Position numbers and translations under genes: made by a program. From the human T2T-CHM13v2.0 reference genome, Homo sapiens, in NCBI RefSeq assembly GCF_009914755.1, contig NC_060937.1: a stretch of DNA of 64,000 bases. The stretch is one strand, 5' to 3'. Shown here piece by piece: positions 57,171 to 64,000 of the stretch. A model generated the notes under the pieces. It was not told the DNA's origin, made no database searches, and saw only the letters and a list, made by a program, of their open reading frames with translations. Within the stretch, counting starts at the first letter, position 1; each line of letters starts with the position of its first letter.

Positions 57171-58485
57171 GAATCAAACCAAGGAGTACATCACTGGGGC
57201 AAGCCCCTGACAAGTTAATTTCTATGATTTATGGTCTTTCAATGTGTTTACTGAACCTTTTTACCAAGTGGCACCTATATTGCCGCACTGCATTGAAGAC
57301 GCTCATACTCTGCTGGCTCAGAGGTACTGCCTGGCTCTCTAGAGGAGGAGGAAATACTTTCCACTTTCTCCTGCTGTCAGCTTATGCATTTAGTTTGCAG
57401 ATGAGTTTACTTCTTAACAGCTGTAATAAATGTGTTTATTGAGACTTGTCCTTCTCCCTCTCTCCCTGTCTCTCACTCTCGCTCTCACTCCCTGTCTCCC
57501 TCTCTCAGCTATTTCCAGTAGCACATGTGGCCTTTTTCCTTCATCTTGTAGCGATGGAATGTTCTGACACATGAAGATGATTGATTTGATTTGAGTCTCT
57601 CCCCTTTAATATTCCCTTATGAGAGCTGAAGCCCATAGAAGGAGGAAGCTATTTTCCAAAGGTCACAAAACTAATTTGAGCAAAGTTGGGGCTAGAATTT
57701 TGATCTTCTACTCACCAGTTCTGTTTCTCTTCAAAAGCCTGTATGGAGACACTAGCAGATTTGCTCTTACCTGAGCTCCTCACTCCCGTGCTGCCTGTAA
57801 CTTTCCCCACTGTTGCAAGATGCATTTCACTGCACATCTTCATCCAAGCTTCCCACCCTCCTTCTGGTGAACTCTTGCCTTGAGTAAGTATTTTGAAAAT
57901 AATTGCAATAATGCATTCATGCGTTCTCTTGATATAAATCTTCACTGGGTTTTAGGGCATTGAAAAGGGAAAGAAAAACTTCTATTTCATGTGACTGACA
58001 GTAGCACAGCATTATTCCTGGGAATTATGACCATCCTGAGAGTGCATGATAAATAGGCAACAGCAACCTGGTGGACACTCTCAAGGGGAAATTCGCATAC
58101 ACTTGAGTGTGCAGGGGAAGCTGTGCTGTAGGTTAAGTGACTTTTGGTGCCTCCACTCCTCCTGATGGCCCTGGCCCCTGTTGCTCCTCTACTGTTCTCA
58201 TCTATTTACTTCTTATCCTCTCTTCTCTTTCTCGCCACACACTCAAACACATATAATTTTCAAAACTTTTCTTAAAGTCCGTATACCGTTTCATCATACA
58301 GATGCACCATGAACATTCGCTATGTTGGATAAACAGTTTATCCTCAGTTCAACAGCATTATGACCACTGTTGTACTTGATTTTTTTTCATGGTTTAATGC
58401 TAGCCCATGGTTTGCTTATTTGTCATCCAGCTTGGATACTTTTTTCTTGTAACCCATTTAATACTGCTGTGTATTCAATTTAAAT

Positions 58486-60045
<1,560 letters not shown>

Positions 60046-60350
60046 AGTTAAACAATTTTTTACGAGGTAAAATGAAAAATAATAAATCAGATATGTTAAG
60101 TCATTCTTGGGTTTCATTGTCAGGCATAATGAGGGCAGAAGAATCTCACGAACTTCACTTTAAAAATAGTTCTGAATACATCAAAATGGGAAATGAACAA
60201 ATACAGAGTAGTTATTGACCTCCCTACATATTCCACAGATGCTAAACCAGGTTATTACTGGTTTATTTTCTTTACCTATGTCTAGTCTTTACACACTTAT
60301 AATTTGAAAATGCAAATAGTGTTGCTGTTTGTCCTATCATGTACAGTATA

Positions 60351-60496
60351 GGCTGGGTGCGGTGGCTTGCACCTTAATCTCAGCACTTGAAGAGACTGAG
60401 GTGGGAGGATGGCTTGGAACCAAGAGTTTGAGGTTACACTGAGCTGTGATTACACCACTGTACTCCAGCCTGGGCAACAGAGCAAGACCCTGTCTC

Positions 60497-60530
<34 letters not shown>

Positions 60531-60544
60531 GAAAAGAGCAGGGG

Positions 60545-60579
<35 letters not shown>

Positions 60580-60585
60580 AGAAAA
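60351..60585 (+). mobile_element. Alu monomer (FRAM/FLAM-type) with long A and (GA)n tail
   Basis: GGCTGGGTGCGGTGGC..CCACTGTACTCCAGCCTGGGCAACAGAGCAAGACCCTGTCTC(A)n, then a GA repeat. Confidence 0.85.
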
Positions 60586-61985
60586 TACATATGGTAAAAA
60601 ATGCCTGCCAGAGCACCAAAATGTTACTTAAACATATAGCTTGTATAACTGTCTATATATAATTACACACATATAGGTGCACTAGATGTATCTATATGTA
60701 TGTCTATATATTGTAACTACAAAATTGGCAGAAGGTGCTATTTTCCAGTGGCAGGGAAAGAAGGGAGGAAGGATAAGAGGGTAGTGAGATAAGGTTTCCC
60801 TGTAGAGAAGCCCACACTCAAGCATCTACATCCCTTTCCAGAGAATTTTCATCGCTTTCAGAGTTACAGGGTGGTGTCCAGAGCTGCCGTGCCACTATTC
60901 CTGAGGGGGAAAATCTTAAAGGGAGTGTCCTCACACCAGCGCTGCTCAGACATGTCACTTTCTCTGTGATTAGCTGATTAGGACTGACTCTAAGTAGGGC
61001 CGATTCCAGCACTTTCAATGCTTACTTACTCTTTTCCTGCAGCCTTTCTCATTGATGGGGACATAGGAACGTTGTGATTTTAATGATTTTATAAATGAAA
61101 TTACTTATATAAAACTGTTAGAGAGCTGTAGATGACACGTTTGAGAATGTCCGTGTCAGTCTGCTCACCACATGTGTACGTGCTGAGAAAATCCCAGTAA
61201 GGAAAGGTCACGGTGGGGTGAACCGTTTGGATTTGTTGAACAATGTAAAGCTAGGATGGGTTTTTTTTTTTGTTTTTTGGGTTTTTTTGGAAAGAATGTT
61301 TGGTGTTTTGACAAAAAGGATTTTACTTCATCTTAATTTAAAGGGATCCTGGTTCCATCAGTCTATAAAATGAAAAAGCAATTTAGCCCACTCAATTTTT
61401 AGAGAGGTTTGCTTTTACAATTCTCAAGGCAGGCATAAATCCGCTAATCCTTAAAACACTTTCCCTTAACCATTTATTCAAATATGCAGTTAAGGGAAAG
61501 TATTTTGTATATACCCACATATGCAGGTATCTTCATCTTCGTGGATAGATACAAGGCATCCCTTAGAGACAAGAGCTCCTCGGAAAGAAGCCGATTCCTT
61601 TTCATTTACTCCTTCACTCATAGTGACAATGAGAGGGGCATGTGGAATGCAAATAAAGTATTAGGGGAAGGTCCCATCTTTGATGAGCTAAGAGTCTAAT
61701 TAATAAGGCACAATTAACTGAGGATCTATCTAAATAATCTAAAAACAGTGCTTTGCACATAGTAAGTGCCATAGATTTTGATATAATAACTTGTTAGTTA
61801 ATGTTTTAAACTCTGGATAAAGTCCTAATTTTCTTAGCCTGGCTGCAGCCTCCTCTCCAGTTTTATTCATGCTCACTCCCCCAGCTCCTCGCCAGAGGCC
61901 ATGCCAAACCCTTTCACACACCTGTGCTTTGTGATTTTTTGTTCCTCTTTTCTAGAATGGTGTCATCTCCATTTTCTCTGCCTGA

Positions 61986-62452
<467 letters not shown>

Positions 62453-62694
62453 TTCTTACTTTTTTTTTTTTTTTTTTTTGACATATCAATTTCTTCTCAG
62501 TGGCAGGAGTCATTCTGGGATTGCCAGCACCAAGCACAATGAGAGAGCCTGATAAATAAACTTGATAAATAGATGTTGAATGAGTGGAAAAAGAAAAGGG
62601 TGAGATTTGAAGCAGCTAAAATAGGCCTACGGAGGATGTGCTTTAGAATAGAAATGGAGGAAAGGATAGAAATGGAAAGCACATAAAAGCTCTC

Positions 62695-63066
62695 TGTTAA
62701 GGGCCGAATTGTGTCCCCCCTAACATTCATAGGTCAAAGCCCTAATCCCCAGTACCTCCACATGTGACTGTATTTGGAGACAGGGCCTTTACAGAGCTGA
62801 TTAAGGAAAAATGAGGCCCTTATGGTGGGCCTTAATCCAATCAGCTGGTGTCTCTTAAGAAATTAGGACACAGACACACACAGAGGGTAGACCTTGTGAA
62901 GACACAGGGTGAAGACGGCCACCTGTAAGCCAAGGAGGGAGGCCTCAGAAGAAACCAAGCCTGCTGACACCTTAATCTTGAACTTCCAGCTTCTAGAACT
63001 GTGAGAAATACGTTTCTGTCGTTTAAGCTACCCAATCTGTGGTACTTTATTACAGCAGCCCAAAGA
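62695..63066 (+). mobile_element. MaLR LTR, MLT1B
   Basis: TGTTAAGGGCCGAATTGTGTCCCCC..GTGACTGTATTTGGAGACAGGG..GAGGCCTCAGAAGAAACCAA..ACAGCAGCCC. Confidence 0.9.
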
Positions 63067-63071
63067 AGATT

Positions 63072-63354
63072 TCTTTTATTTTCTTTTCTCTGTCACTCAG
63101 GCTGGAGTGCAGTGGCACAATCATGGCTCACTGCAGCCTTGAGCTCCTGGACTCTTACAACCCTCCTGCCCCAGCCTCCCAAGTAGCTTGGACACCAGGT
63201 GTACACCACTATGCCTGGCTGACTTTTTACTGTTTTGTACAGACAGGGCTTCTCTGTGTTGCTTAGGCTGGCCTCATACTCCTGGCCTCAGTGATCTTTC
63301 TGCCTTGGCCTCCCAAAACATTGAGATTACAGTTGTGAGCTACCTTACCTGGCC
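63072..63354 (-). mobile_element. AluJ inserted at the MLT1B 3' end
   Basis: Diverged dimer; TSD AAGATTTCT at 63066 and 63356. Confidence 0.88.
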
Positions 63355-64000
63355 TAAGATTTCTAATTAAAAGAAATCTTCCCCATCTTTTATTTCTCAT
63401 CTGTTAGAAACCAAAAGTTATTTTTCTCCACACTCAACTTTTCCTTGTATATGAAAATGGAAACCATTCCACCATTGACATGGGTGGGAATCCTGGCAGG
63501 TGTTTTGGTTTCCTGTCCCCTCACTTCAGTTGAGCAGTTGTGCAGCAGTGGCCAAGCCTGTAGGTGCATTGCTCAGCAGTGGGTCACCAGCCACATGTAC
63601 AGAACAGCACTCGCTTTGTGTCTCACTGGGTCTAAGTACTGACAATTCGGTGATTGTTTGTTTCCAATGTGGAATCCCCTGGTTCTGGGGCCAACAGAGC
63701 TGGCTCTCGTTCCAGGGCAAACTTAACAAACAAGTTCAAGGTGAGGGCCATGTGCACTTTACAGAGGTCCCACATGAGAGCTATAAAACCAAGAACCTGC
63801 CAAAAGACACGTGAATAATAGGTAGTCCTGTAGAGAAAGAGACAACAAAAGAAAAATCTTGTTCCTAAGTTCACTGAAGATTCTAGATAAAGCAGATCGA
63901 GTGAGTTTCAGCAAATATGGGGTCAGGGATTCAAAAGGTAGCCATGTAGTAAAGTCTGTGCACTATTCCGAACACTTGGGGAATTGACTGATAGGATTCT

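Noticed and set aside
62460-62479. Poly(T)20 as a possible orphan retro-tail
   Set aside because: No element body or TSD is attached. It is likely an expanded T-tract at the neighbouring Alu target site.

Overview
This is non-coding human genomic DNA; a near-consensus AluYb8, a human-specific subfamily, sits at 39551-39862. I cannot support any protein-coding exon, structural RNA gene or CRISPR array. The supplied ORFs are chance frames, many of them translations of Alu, L1 or simple-repeat sequence, so the window is deep intron or intergenic, and I cannot name the locus. By eye, roughly half of it is interspersed repeat: about 20 Alu/FLAM/FRAM/FAM copies, L1PA/L1PB/L1MA-ME fragments, L2, MIR, solo LTRs (LTR8-like, MER57, MLT2, MLT1, MST, LTR33-like) and DNA transposon fossils (Tigger3a, MER53, MER3). 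The most informative structure is a short young L1PA2/3-type insertion at 13909-14300 that carries a ~130 bp 3'-transduced foreign segment, with two poly(A) tails, an AATAAA and a perfect 17-bp target-site duplication. Other notable items are two twin-primed (5'-inverted) L1s, several nested insertion stacks, a ~25-nt Alu micro-insertion, a CpG-rich C-tract VNTR-like element and two recent perfect tandem duplications. I found no evidence of a novel gene system. Subfamily calls come from remembered consensus motifs, and old-repeat boundaries are approximate.
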